Below, piece by piece: positions 1-12,199 of a DNA stretch of 64,000 nucleotides (within the stretch, counting starts at the first letter, position 1; each line of letters starts with the position of its first letter). The position numbers and the translations under genes were made by a program. The notes beneath the pieces were generated by a model. That model was not told the DNA's origin and made no database searches. It was given only the letters and a program-made list of their open reading frames with translations. The DNA comes from Nageia nagi (lineage: Eukaryota; Plantae; Pinophyta), in NCBI GenBank assembly GCA_050084985.1, contig JBITNC010000001.1, forward strand, positions 2,170,001 to 2,234,000, in the 5' to 3' direction.

Positions 1-1320
1 ATGCTATATATATTAAAGTTAAATTTTAAAATTAAAAAAAAGGGGGGAACTAGGGAGACATAAGGGAATAATAATAAAAAAATAAAAAGAAAGTGCCTAT
101 GGAAAATAAAAGATGAGGCTTTGACATTAGAAAGGGATGAGAAATAAATAAATATTTTAATAACCCTTTTGGGCACCCACATTGCAGAAGGCAAAATAAA
201 TAAAAAAAACGTTTGTCATCTTGAAGGGATAACATTTTCATGAGCTTTTAAGAATTGATTTTTCTAAAGAAAGGGAAGAAAAAAAGCGCATGTTTCCAAA
301 TAGATAAATAATGTCTTCTTCAAACCTTGCGCTCAAATCCAATACCCCCTTTCATTAACGCATATTTCCAAATAGACAAAAATATGTCCCCCTTGAAAAA
401 TGCACTCAACTTCAGCGAAGTCAATATCATGCCATGGGGGATATGCAATTCATAGCTACAACAAGAACACATGCAACCATTGTCGTGTAGTACTAGGAAT
501 GAGGGTTGCAAATATTTTAATAGCGTGAGAGACTTTTATTGCATATTTTTCTACGAGGAGTCAATATATATGTAGTGTTCACCTGCTTAGCCACACAGAG
601 GGATGCACACTGATTCTATCTTTGTTAAGATGCCTAAAATGTTCTTGTGGGGGTTATGCACACGTCGAAGACTCCCTAGAAGTGGATCTCTATCTTTGTG
701 ATGGTTACGATTTCCCTGAGAGACATGTAAGCTAAATGAAGAAGAATGAATGAGTCTTGGGAGTTATTTCGCTGGCTGCAAGTGCGATTCATGACTATGA
801 TAGCTGTGGGGTTTTATGGAGATTATGTAAAGGCAGTTAGTTGGAGCACATAATGCAAAGCTGCATCAACAAACAATGCCACTTTGAAAGACACCTGCAA
901 ATAGCCGAATCGAGTGACTGAATTAAGAAATTTACACATGGAATGTCGTTGTTTCAAGCTACCAAGGATGTGATTGTCACAGACAAGGGTTGGCAAAATA
1001 TTAATAAGCTTGGCATGAAGGTATCTATAGTCATGACATCGATCAAATAATCAATGGTGGGCTTCATCTGTTAATAGATGTTGATCACAAGCACAAGAGT
1101 ATAGTGACCGTGATCTTCCACGACTTGGTTGTTTCTATTCCGCAACTCTGACACATAATGTATTGGAGGTGATGTCTACAGAATAAACCACGACTATCAT
1201 GAAGAATAAAAGTTGGTGTCATAGTGATACAACATCTGGTGGGATCCATATGATAGTTTGTTCAGCAAGAGTTCTCCAGTTGGTCAATGTTTCAATTCAT
1301 TGGGAAGCCAATGATTATTC

Positions 1321-1530
1321 ATTAGGAGTGCTGGTTTGGTGGGCGTGAGTAGGAAATACTTGTGGAACATGCACTACTCTAATTGCTGTGTGATGAATCA
1401 TTATACATGCATCGTTGATTGTATTAGCCGTGTGGACTATGTTGAGGAAGCTTTGGTCTCCATTGCGAAGACACCCTTTTGTAGTGGATTGAAGTAGACA
1501 AAGGCGTACATGGTTTTTGTAGAAGACATA
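1321..1530 (+). pseudogene. Decayed PLS-class PPR gene fragment inside LTR
   Basis: Frame from 1321 reads SAGLVGVSRKYLWNMHYSNCCVMNHYTCIVDCISRVDYVEEALVSIAKTPF. This resembles the PLS-PPR segment SHAGLVxEGxxYF...DHYxCMVDLLGRAGxLEEAxxFIxKMP. Confidence 0.65.
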
Positions 1531-2010
1531 GTACACCTAGACCTATTGAAAGTTAAAGATAGAGTCAAGATAAGGGGCGAAATTCAAGTGGATAGTAGCA
1601 AAAACATTGTTGATGGAGGACTTGTTATTTTTTTTAAGACTAGTTTTTGTCTCACCTAGTGATGGATAAGTTTTTACTCCCACAAGTGTGAAATAAACTT
1701 TTTCTTTTTATATCATTTTAGTCGTATTTCATTTTATTAGTATTTTATTTTAGTAAATTTCATTTAGATTAGTTGAATTTCAATAAATTTGCACAAACTT
1801 TTTAGGTGAATTATGGTAATAATAGATTAGGGTTTTGAAAGCTATAAATACCTCAAGGGAGCTTATTTGTAGGGGGGGAGGATGATCATTTACTCAAGAA
1901 GGGAGCTATTATGAAATTTGCTAAAACTTTAATACTCTGTTGTATGTGAATATGGTGCATGACTTAAAACAAATCAAGGCTTGCTTCACTTAATGGGATT
2001 GTGAATTTGA

Positions 2011-3200
2011 TGTAAAGATCCACTTACAAAATCAAGTGTAAAATGCTCAAACAACACAATTAAACCTCAACGTGTAAACTAGGGCATCCAAATTAAGCAT
2101 AAACTACACAAGATTGCCAATGACTGGCAAAGACTAGCAAAGATCAATTATTACAAGCTCACAATGCCAACGTTGGCTTATACATGCATGAATGAATAAT
2201 CAAACCGTAATGCTGCAATAGTAAAGCATACACAGGACAAATACGACGATCCAATGCTTAACGACTGTATAAATGATAAGCAATGAGCAATAATACAATA
2301 CCGAGCCCCCAGGGCTGGACGTTGGCCTCCAAGGAGCCAACTAGGGCATAATTGATGTCTGTCACTGCTCAACGGATGGATGGTTAATGGGACAGTCTTG
2401 CTCCCTCAAAACTTGAATCCTCTCCATTGAAGGAGCCCTCCTCAAACCTTGGAAACCATTGAAGATAGAAGTTCAACCTTGGACTACCATTGGGTGGGTT
2501 AGGGTGCTGCACCAAAGCCGTAGACTGACAGGATGCCTTAGCTTGCTAATCCTCCTAGATGCTGCACCTAGGGGTTCACTTAGCGCTGTGCTAAGACTCT
2601 TGTCCTTTGGATGGTATTAAATATAATAATAATCAAGTGTATCCAACTACGGGGCTCCAATGCCTTTTATAACACATCACTGGATCTGGATTGCACCTAG
2701 GAGTCATCACCTGGCTCCCATAATCCAATGTTAGCCTCCTGGAGGCCCAAGATGCCCAATGTGGGTGCCTAGGGGTCAAGCATGCCCAACGTGGTACCCA
2801 AGAGAAATTAATGCCAACGTGGGGGTCTGGAGTGCCACACATGCCTAATGTGGTTCTAGGGGTCATGCATGGGTGCTGAGGTGTCATAATGGGCCAACAT
2901 AGGGGTCTAGGAGTCTCCCCAACGTTGGTGCGTGTGTACAAGTGCTCATCCATCCAATTAAGTGCTAAATAGACCTTGGGATTCCCACAATAATGTATCA
3001 AGATCTCCAAGTACATTAAAACACCTAATCTACACTTGGGAGGGAGACGTTCCACTTGGGTTCACAATGGGGTCCATTGACCCATTAGGTCTTCCATCCC
3101 AAGTCCTAACTTAAAAGCACAATTAAATAATAAAATATAATACAAAGGGGAATCTGTTGGATTCAATAATCAATTACAATTATGCAAGGGGGACATCACA
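2011..3200 (-). mobile_element. Solo LTR, family A (gypsy)
   Basis: TG...CA termini and perfect 5-bp TSD TTTGA (2006-2010, 3201-3205). Similar to the LTRs of the gypsy element at 16122-37895, which gives the orientation. The host LTR is continuous at this site in the copy near 42100. Confidence 0.9.
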
Positions 3201-4074
3201 TTTGAGTACTTGTACTTAGTGTTTACTTGTGGTTGTTATACGACTTGTGTGCATTTCTCGCAAGTGTTTGCTTGTTAAAAAGTTGAATGAATATCGTATA
3301 AAATTGTGTGATTGCCATTTGATAAACATTGTCCACTCTTTCGCATGGAAATGGATATATGTTAGTGAAGTTTTTTATATGTCGTTTGGTTTGATGCACT
3401 GCTCATGTTGCTGCACTTGGTAACATTGCTATAGGCTCTATCTTGCTTTAAGCACATTATAATAAACTTGGAGAGAAGGTGATCTAACCATTGATCCATT
3501 GGTGAACTTGTCTCTGAATGAACTCACCTCGTATGCCATCATCCCCACTTTGCATTTCTTTTTACATTTACTTTGTTATTTTTCCTTTTCTACTATCAAA
3601 AATCTATCCTTTCAATCAGTATAAGACAACTCCAAGGCCTATAGTAAAGGTGGTTAGCAGTTGCTATCTCTATCCTCTCATTGAACATTCCAAGTATAGC
3701 TACCATCACCACTACAAACGAGACTTTAAGATATTAGAAACCTTGGGGTAACCAGTCCTTGCAAGTGGAGGTTAATAATGCAACCTCGACCACATGTTGG
3801 ATGCCTTTCCATTTATCACCTTAGGTGGTCTTTGTAAGAGGATGGAAAAACATCCCAACAAAACTAGTGAAAATATTTGTTCTACTGAATTTGCTAAAGG
3901 AAACCGAGTTTTGGATGAACAAGAATTAATAAAAAGTAGAAATAAACATCTATTTAAAAGATTCAACATCTCTCAATATCCTAGAAAGAGAAGCCCTCTT
4001 GTTTGATATTCTTAGGTAAAGTAATGCATTTGATAATTTGATTTGTATGGTAGAATGTTGGAAATGAAATTGTT

Positions 4075-5100
4075 AGAAGAGCTAGTGTGCATGAAGCTTA
4101 GTGCTATAGGATAGGCTGGATTCAAGAGTGATTACCAAACTATTGAGTACATCTTTACCCCTCGAGCTATCATTGAGGAGGCTCGCTTGTGGTTCTCCTA
4201 AGGTTTTTTGCTGCTTTTTCGACTTTAGAAAGGATTTTCACTCTAATCTGAGATTTCTGCCCCTCTAACAACTTCATGACATTGGTATCTTTGATTATCT
4301 TGCCCTAGCCATCACGAGCCTATATGAGACAGCTGTTGGTGAATTCCATACTCCTCATGGCCTCTCTAACTCTATCTAGACGAGCTTGAAGATTTCCATT
4401 AGCACTATATTTATGTAGATGACGGTTGTTTTCTTCATCATGTGCTGATCACTATTTTACGGACAATGTGATTCTTGTCTCTCACTCTGATGTTGATTTA
4501 CAAAGACAGTTGGATGCTCTTGCTTATTTTTGTGATATCCGACAACTTGTAGTTTACCTTAACAAAATGAAGTTTGTTATTTTTAACACTTCCAAAGATG
4601 TTGGTTTAGATTTTTATTTTTTCTACAATGGGGAGCTTGTGGAGATCATCACTTCCTACGCTTACATTACGGTTCAATTTTTTGGACCTTCCTTCAGTTT
4701 GAGACCCACCTCTTAGTTGCATCTTTGCAAGGGTCTTCCTTCCCTCTCTGTCTTGAAATGCCAATGTTTTCAGATTCACATTCAAGATGTCCCATCAAAG
4801 ATGTATGTCTTCAATGCTATCATTTGACCCACTACCACCTATGGATCCAAGGTTTGGATGCCCACGATCCATTGATTGGGTTTTCTTTGAGCAGGTTCAA
4901 ACATTGATGCTTTAGTGTTCGATCCATTGTAAACTGATGGTTCCACAGTGAATTGTCCAGGATGAGTTCAGTGCTTTGCAGCTTTGCCTTGATTGCATCC
5001 ATAAGATCATCCTCTATATTTATTATTCGGACTCAGATCTATGAGGTTCTCTGCCTTTGGTCATGCGAATTATCTGTTTCTAGCACACTCTTACCTAGCT
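4075..5100 (+). mobile_element. Degenerate LINE (non-LTR retrotransposon) reverse transcriptase remnant
   Basis: Broken frames give AGFKSDYQTIEYIFTPRAIIEEAR and FTDNVILVSHSDVDLQRQLDALAYFCDIRQLVVYLNKMKFVIFN...YAYITVQF. These are typical LINE RT blocks (QAGFR..TIDHIF, FADD, LQRQLDAL..VNxxKTK). Many stops. Confidence 0.75.
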
Positions 5101-5166
5101 TTGCGATTATATAACTAATGAAGCAATCTTGAGGTATATAATAAATCTATCTTTTGGATTTTGCAG

Positions 5167-5424
5167 GAATCAATAGAGGGAATTTGTTTCAGTAAGGGCT
5201 CAAGATATCTCTGTTCTGGTGGAACAGGAAAAGTTGTAAGGGTTTGGGATTTGCAGCGCAAAAGATGCATCAAATGGCTGAGAGGACACACGGATACAAT
5301 TACTGGCTTAACATATAACTGTAAAGATGAATATTTAGCTTCTATCAGTGTCAATGGAAATCTGCTTCTTCATAATCTTGCTTCTGCAACAAGAGCTACA
5401 GACCTTAAAGATCCACATGAACAG
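5167..5424 (+). CDS. NEDD1: NEDD1/GCP-WD internal exon (WD40 repeats)
   Basis: ttgcAG|GAA...CAG|GTgtgc, 86 codons [47 protein letters not shown]...KDPHEQ, recognisable plant NEDD1 sequence. Confidence 0.93.
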
Positions 5425-5658
5425 GTGTGCATAACTTCTCTGTTTAATAATGTAATGAATAAATTGTTATGAGAACATATTTATAATCATTGAGTTGATT
5501 AAGGATTTTAAATAGTCCCATGGATAACTATTTGTATTCTCATCTACTTATATTGCTTCTTGGACTTTTCTTTTTTTCTATTATGATTGAGATGAGTAGA
5601 ACATATGACTGACTTGTAAGACTTTCATATATGAATCTTTTTCCTGTTGTGACATAAG

Positions 5659-5763
5659 GTTCTAAGGGTGCTTGATTATTCTCGAACAAGCAGGCATCTG
5701 ATAGTGACAGCTGGAGATGATGGGTCAGTACATCTTTGGGATACAACTGGTCACTGTCCAAAG
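5659..5763 (+). CDS. NEDD1: NEDD1 internal exon
   Basis: taAG|GTT...AAG|GTaata, [35 protein letters not shown]. Phase 0, continues the previous exon. Not in the ORF track. Confidence 0.92.
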
Positions 5764-6513
5764 GTAATATATGTGGTTCTTACTTTTATGCTATTGTGTT
5801 AGTATTTTTGGTTCGTTAAGTTCTCTTCTGAAATGCCAATTGTTTTTAAATACATACTCTTGTGCTGTTAAGGTAACTTCTACCTATCCAATCCAAGTTG
5901 GTGTAGGATTTATTAATTATTTCATCCGATTGTGTTTTATTGTACATCAAGAAAGATTGAATACTAAAATACATCATTTTATTATAGTAGCATCATGGTT
6001 CTTGGTCCTTGAATTGCAATTAATTGTTTTCATGCAACCCTATGATTCGATCAACGTTATTTTAAAAAATGTGAGTCATTCTTGTAAGCTTTCTTTTATT
6101 ATGGTGATACATAACGTAGCTTGCAGTTTGGTCATATGATGGCACTCAAATGGTTTCTAACAAAAGATTCAACTTCGAAAAACATGTTTATCAATACAGA
6201 TATGTCCTTTAAAATATCCTTGAATTCTGCCAGATTGTTTGGCAGTTCAAACCATTATTTATTCATCGTTGAGAGGAATCCATTTACTCTATCGTGCCTG
6301 TATGTTTTTTTGTATTTGATGATCACTCTTACATTTTATGCGGGATATCATTTACGTTAAGTGATTTTAAAGTTCATTCCATTTATCCTATAATGTATCT
6401 TTCAGCAATGCTTACATGTATGAGGTTTAGATTTTATGTTATCGAATGTTGTAGTCTGTAAAATAAAACAAAGAGAGAAGTATCATAACCTATATTATTT
6501 GTTTTCATGCCAG

Positions 6514-6579
6514 GTTTCATGGACCAAACAACATTCTGCACCCACTACTGGTGTCTGCTTTTTCCCTAATAACGATAAG
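6514..6579 (+). CDS. NEDD1: NEDD1 internal exon
   Basis: cAG|GTT...AAG|GTgtgc, VSWTKQHSAPTTGVCFFPNNDK. Confidence 0.92.
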
Positions 6580-6901
6580 GTGTGCAACCTAGGACATGCT
6601 TTTGAAATTTTTGAATGACATCATTGACTTTAGATCTTTAGGAATGATGTTGACATGTTTCTATTGGCAAGGAGAGAACAATGAAGAATGATTTAGCCTC
6701 TTTTCTTCTGCCATATATTTTGAGTTTCTCTTACTCAACATAGCTACTAATGAACAGCTATTATCGATCTCATGTCTAACACTTTATATATAACAAATTC
6801 AGTTCGAGGGACATGTTGGCAATTACAAAGATTTCTGTTTTTTTCATTTTTGAAAATTTCATTGATCATATATTAATGCCCTTTTGAAGTTTTCAATGCA
6901 G

Positions 6902-7123
6902 ATGATTATCAGTGTTGGCCTGGATAAAAAACTCCACATTTTGGATCGAGCATTTAAAAAGCCAGTGCATTCAATTGCATGTGAAGCACCTTTCACTTCT
7001 CTGGCTGTTAAAGATGATGGCTTTATACTAGCTGCTGGAACAAACAATGGTCGTGTTATGTTCTATGATGTTCGTGGTAAACCGCATGCATGTACTATTC
7101 TCCATGCTTACGGTCCTCATGAG
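6902..7123 (+). CDS. NEDD1: NEDD1 internal exon
   Basis: gcAG|ATG...GAG|GTaggg, MIISVGLDKKL...CEAPFTSLAVKDDGFILAAGTNNGRVMFYDVRGKP...AYGPHE. Confidence 0.92.
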
Positions 7124-7392
7124 GTAGGGTAATTTATGCATAATTTCATTTCTGAAAAGTTTTAAAGCCTCTTATTAGGTTTTCATAATTTAGGGACTCG
7201 TCAACTATGATACGCAAATCATATGAGCAGTTTGAATCTTAAATGTAAAAATGTTATATGTTTACACTATGAAATGTTGAATAGAAACGTGCAAAAGAGT
7301 TCTCAAATTCAACATTGACATAAATTTATTTTAAAATATGGTAATAGCTAATAATGTCAACTCATCATTTTATGTTTGAGCTACTTTTTAAA

Positions 7393-7622
7393 GCAGAAGG
7401 CTATCCTCCCTTCAAATTCAACATAAACCCTGGTTGTTTATGCACTTTGAATTGTGTACAGATTCGACTGAAAATTGGTACTGGGTGCTTGAATATGACT
7501 GATTTTGGCCCTGATTTGTCAATCATGTCTGATTTTCGCTGATTTGAGGGAAAATTGAACTGGGGTTAGAGCATAAACGTTGGGCGTTTATAGACAAATT
7601 TGGAGGGAGGATAGCCGCGTCC
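7393..7622. mobile_element. Mutator-like MITE
   Basis: Inverted repeats GGCTATCCTCCCTTCAAATT (from 7399) and AATTTGGAGGGAGGATAGCC (to 7616), extending imperfectly for ~45 bp. G...C ends and 9-bp direct repeat CTTTTTAAA at 7384-7392 and 7623-7631. Confidence 0.75.
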
Positions 7623-9680
7623 CTTTTTAAATATTAAGTTACATAATTTTCACGTGGTGATTTTACTAAAGTAGTGAACTTTTACTAAGGCATCGCAGAT
7701 CATGCCTGTTTAAATTGTTTTGAACAGCCTTATATGTCTGTTGCATGTACAAATGAAAAATGGATTGATACCCTGACTAATTCAAGAAATGATTTACATC
7801 TTACATGATGTGTTGCTTGAGCTGTAAAAATTCCTCTAAGCATCAAACGGCGTAAAAAAAATGAATCAAAAGATTCAGAGAGGAAGAAAGGCATTGAGGA
7901 AACACAAAAGAATGGAAAAACAATACAACTTAGGATATTAGGAATCAAACAGGAAAAAATATGGAGAGCAAATAGGCTAAAGATGTCTATTGTAGAATAG
8001 CCAAAGAGTGAAATAGAAGGATAACGAATGAATATATTGGCGCTTTTCTCAAGTTTAATACTTATATATATATTAAATGAACAGAAGCTGTATTTTTTTA
8101 ATTTTAATTTCTACTTATATTCATATATTTTTGGAATTATTTTTTAAGAAGCGGGTCATAAATAGGGGAAACGTGGATAGCAGCTTTAACAGAATAGGCC
8201 GTAGGCACAAAAAAATGGTGAAAAATCATTGTGGAAAGAAGCTACCAATATACAACTCAAGTTGCAAAGACAAAATGATCTGTTGCCTTGTGTAGTAGAT
8301 CAGGAGGTCCTACATGGTCAACTGTGTGATGGAATCAAATATTGAAAGGTAATACTAAATACTCAGTACACAAGATAATTTTATAGGAATAGGTGATAGG
8401 ATATTCATTAAAACAGAAGGCACAATTAGAGACTATGTTCCATGTTAATGCAACTTCAACATCCAACGCTTGTGGGTGGAGGTTCCCCTATCCTTGCTAT
8501 GGAGATGCACACACCCCATCTACACTGAGAGCAATGTTTCTCTTAGTAGAGAGTACTTAGATGTAGTTTCTATTGTTTAGGCAGTAACCATAAATTAGCA
8601 CGAGTCTTATTGCTTTTAGTGAAACCTCTTTATTGCTTTTACTGAAACTCTTTAGTTGTGTGTTCTCTATTCCAAAATCAATTAGAAGAACTCATGCTTC
8701 TATTGTCCACTTCTCATGGTATTTTTATATTTATAATTTAACTTTTTCTTGCGAATGTGATGATTTCATTTGATTTTCCACTTCTCATGATATTTATTTT
8801 TATATTTATGACTAAAGTTGGTTTGTTTTTGTCCAACTTACCAAACTTCGGCTATATGATGGTTCAACATTCAGCAATATGTGAATCCATTATACTGTAC
8901 TTGATCCCCTTGGTCACCAAGTTGATCAGCTCCTTTTTCCAGCTCATTCCAAGTGCCACAGGTACTAAATGTGTCTAGGACAGTACCATTCAGAAAGCTT
9001 GCAGGTATAGGTTGACATGGAGAAACCTAGCTTCACACATAGCTACTAGCATATCCTGACTTGGGAGACAGTTGCACATCGCTAGCTTTTTTTCTACCAC
9101 AAATGATCCCTCGATCTTCAAATTTTAGGAGAGACTCTTGGGAGACCTCACTTAGCCTTTCCAGTTCAGGACACTCTTTGTTGGAGGTGATCAAACCCAC
9201 TATTGACCCAATCACAATACTAGACAATGACACTCCCGTTCCATTGAGCTTTCATCGCCCATTGCATTGAGCTTTCATCTCCCATTGCATCGAGCTTATG
9301 AAAAACATTGAGGGTTGTCCATCTTTACCAAATATTCATCAACATTCTTTTTTTGTCGTTCTACTCTAGTTTGTATAGTTATTTTGCACTTATATTGATC
9401 CGTAGGGTCTTTAACCCTAACGCTTTCTCTTTTTCAATGGATTGTACTATTGAGTCCCATTTACTTGTGTTTGGTCACCCATGGACATTAATATATTTTC
9501 TATTTCTATAAGACATTTCAAGAACCTTAGGAAATAATGCATACTTACATGTATACATTTTTGCATGAAAACTCTATGTTAAATAAAGATTAAAATAATA
9601 TATAGATTGTTATAAATAAAATAAATTATTTTAGTATAGAAAAGTTATTTCTATGAAATATAATTTTTGTAGAAAATTTG

Positions 9681-9683
<3 letters not shown>

Positions 9684-9733
<50 letters not shown>
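9684..9733. repeat. (AT)n microsatellite, ~25 units
   Basis: Direct reading. Confidence 0.95.
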
Positions 9734-9736
<3 letters not shown>

Positions 9737-10179
9737 GACTATAGATAGATGGGTCTTTTAACATCCTTTAAACCCCTTAGTTTGTAGGACCTATCAAAGT
9801 TTGTCTAGAAGGAAATATATATTAATTAAGTATTTAAATGATTGTTTCGCATATAATTAAGCTGTATGATAAAATCGCCAAGCTTGTTATGGTTATGCTA
9901 TGTTCTCTCCTTTGTCTTAAAAAGAAAGGACCTGAAAATAAAGAGCAATAACATATGAATATAGATTTAGATCCTTCAAATTTAATTAACACCTACAACC
10001 TTGACAAAACAAGCTATCTATTTTTGAGCATGAACAAATGTTTTCCATCATACTACTCAAAGTTTCAAAGCAAGCTAAATGAAGGGTACATGAAATTACT
10101 GGTATCATGTCAAGTAAATCTCAAAAACCATTAAAGATGTTGAGTCACAAGCATGGTTGTACATCTGTGGACAACATTT

Positions 10180-10850
10180 TGTTGGGATCTTTTTCTTTCC
10201 ACTTACGAAGACCACCTAAGTGATAATTGGGAAAGGGCATCCAAAATGTGAGTGAGGTTGCGTTACTAACCTTCGCTTGAAAGGACTGGTTACCCCAAGT
10301 TTTCTAGCATCAGAAGATGTCTTATACGACTATGACAGTAGCTATACTTGGAACACTCAATGGAAGGATTGAGGTAGAAATGATTAACCACGTTCGTTGT
10401 GGGCACTGGAGTTGTTCTACCCTGATTGAAAGTATAGACTTTTGATGGTAAAGAAAGTAAAAATAGCAAAATAAAAGCAAATAAAAGTTTAAGAATGGGG
10501 ATGATGGCACACAAGGGGGTACATTTAATGACAAGACCATCGATGAACTAGGGGTTGGATCAATTTTCTAGCGGGTTTATTATGAAGTACGCCACTCACT
10601 TATCCCACCTTGCTACAAATGACTAAGTCCAAATTGAAACAAGTAGGAGCCTATAGCAATGTTGTGAAAGGAACAACGATACGACTAGCAGAGATTTCAC
10701 CAACATTCATTCATCTTCATGCAAAAGAGTGAGTAATGTTCATCAAATAGCAGTTACACAACTTCATAAAATATTCAACCATCTTTCTAACAAGCCTACA
10801 CTTGCTAGAAATGTACAACACAATCCCATTGATTGGAAACAAGTATAAAT
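10180..10850 (-). mobile_element. 3' portion of a family-B LTR
   Basis: Reverse complement aligns with ~42070-42280 and 43490-43969. Terminates ...AAAGATCCCAACA at 10180. Confidence 0.85.
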
Positions 10851-11013
10851 ACTTTCATAGTCATATAAGAGATCTTATGGTGCTAGAAACCTTGGGGTAA
10901 CTAGTTCTTTCAATGGAGGTTAGTAATGCAACCTCACTCACATGTTGGATGCCCTTTCCCAATTATCATCTAGATGGTCTTCGTAAGTGGAAAGAAAAAC
11001 ATCTCAACATAAT

Positions 11014-11030
11014 TGGCGCTAGAAGGAGAG
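11014..11030 (+). other. Primer-binding site complementary to the tRNA-Asn 3' end
   Basis: TGGCGCTAGAAGGAG lies 4 nt after the LTR end and is the reverse complement of plant tRNA-Asn ...CTCCTTCTAGCG-CCA. Confidence 0.8.
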
Positions 11031-12199
11031 CGTTGAACTGTCTTACACCCATTGTTAATTAAGCTTTCTTTTATCCTTTTTTGAGCTCAAGCTGGGACTT
11101 GCAAGAGACAATTCACCCAGACAACTATGCCAAGTCGAAGTACACCTAGCTTTTCATTGCAGATTCGAAGGAATATTTCAAGCACACACCTCAAGTCCTA
11201 GAGATACATTCTTTTGGTAGCTTTGTTCAATAGCAACTACTTGTACACGGGCCTTAATGATCTAGACAATAGATTGTACAATCATGGTTGCAAAGAAGTA
11301 TTCATGTGTACAGTCAACAATCATATTATACACCAGGATATGTACAACCACAAATAGGTTGTAATGCTTACTTGAACCCAACCATACAACAACCACATTT
11401 TCAGAGTGTGAATTCCAATTATCAGCCAATAACGGTGTAACAATCATACCACCCTCAATACAATTCATGAATCAAGTGAATAACCAAATGTCACCAATGC
11501 AATAGGATTCTCCTAATTGTCAAATTATTCCAAATGTATCACAAATTGTCTCTCAAGCTATCCAGCAAGAACAACTAAGGTTACAGACCACATGGAATTA
11601 TCAACAAGAACAATTAAAAACCATACAAGTTGCAGAAAAACACAAATAAGACGAACAATTAGGGAAAGTGATGGCAGGGATGATGAGGACTATGCTAAAA
11701 TTAGAGCAATTGAAAAAGGAACAACCGCGGAAATATGCTCGTTGACACTGCTTTTATCTACCTCACCCTGTGCTAATTTCAATCAGAGAAGCATCCTTGC
11801 GTAATGTAGTTGAAGCGGTAGAAGATGAAGTTGATGAAGATGAAGTAAAAATTGGTTTCATCCTATCAAGGCCATCCCCACCCCTTCCTCTCACCACCCC
11901 ACACGATTGCTTGGGTCATCTTGAAGATAGTCTTTTAGAAGAAGAAATGGTATCAAAAGAAGAAGAGGTTCAAGAAGAAGAAGAGTATTGATCACCCTGA
12001 TTGTCTTTGTGCCTTGAAGGCAAAACTTTTCACAATGGTGTGGTGGATACTCGTCTTGATTGCAATTTAATATTGCTTGCAACCTGTTGCGAAGCTGAAC
12101 TTACTCCACCCCAATCTTGGGCCATCAAGAACATGCCAAATCACAAATAGTCGGGATACTAGAGAATGTTTGTGTGCAAGTCATTAGATCAGAAGTGCT

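Larger units (their letters stand above)
1..3860 (+). mobile_element. Long LTR, family B (5' part outside window), interrupted by a family-A solo LTR
   Basis: Bases 1-~460 align with 39466-~40050. Bases ~1640-3860 (minus the insert) align with ~41720-43969. Ends with the U5 motif CCTTGGGGTAACCAGTCCTT...GGAAAAACATCCCAACA at 3860. Confidence 0.8.
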
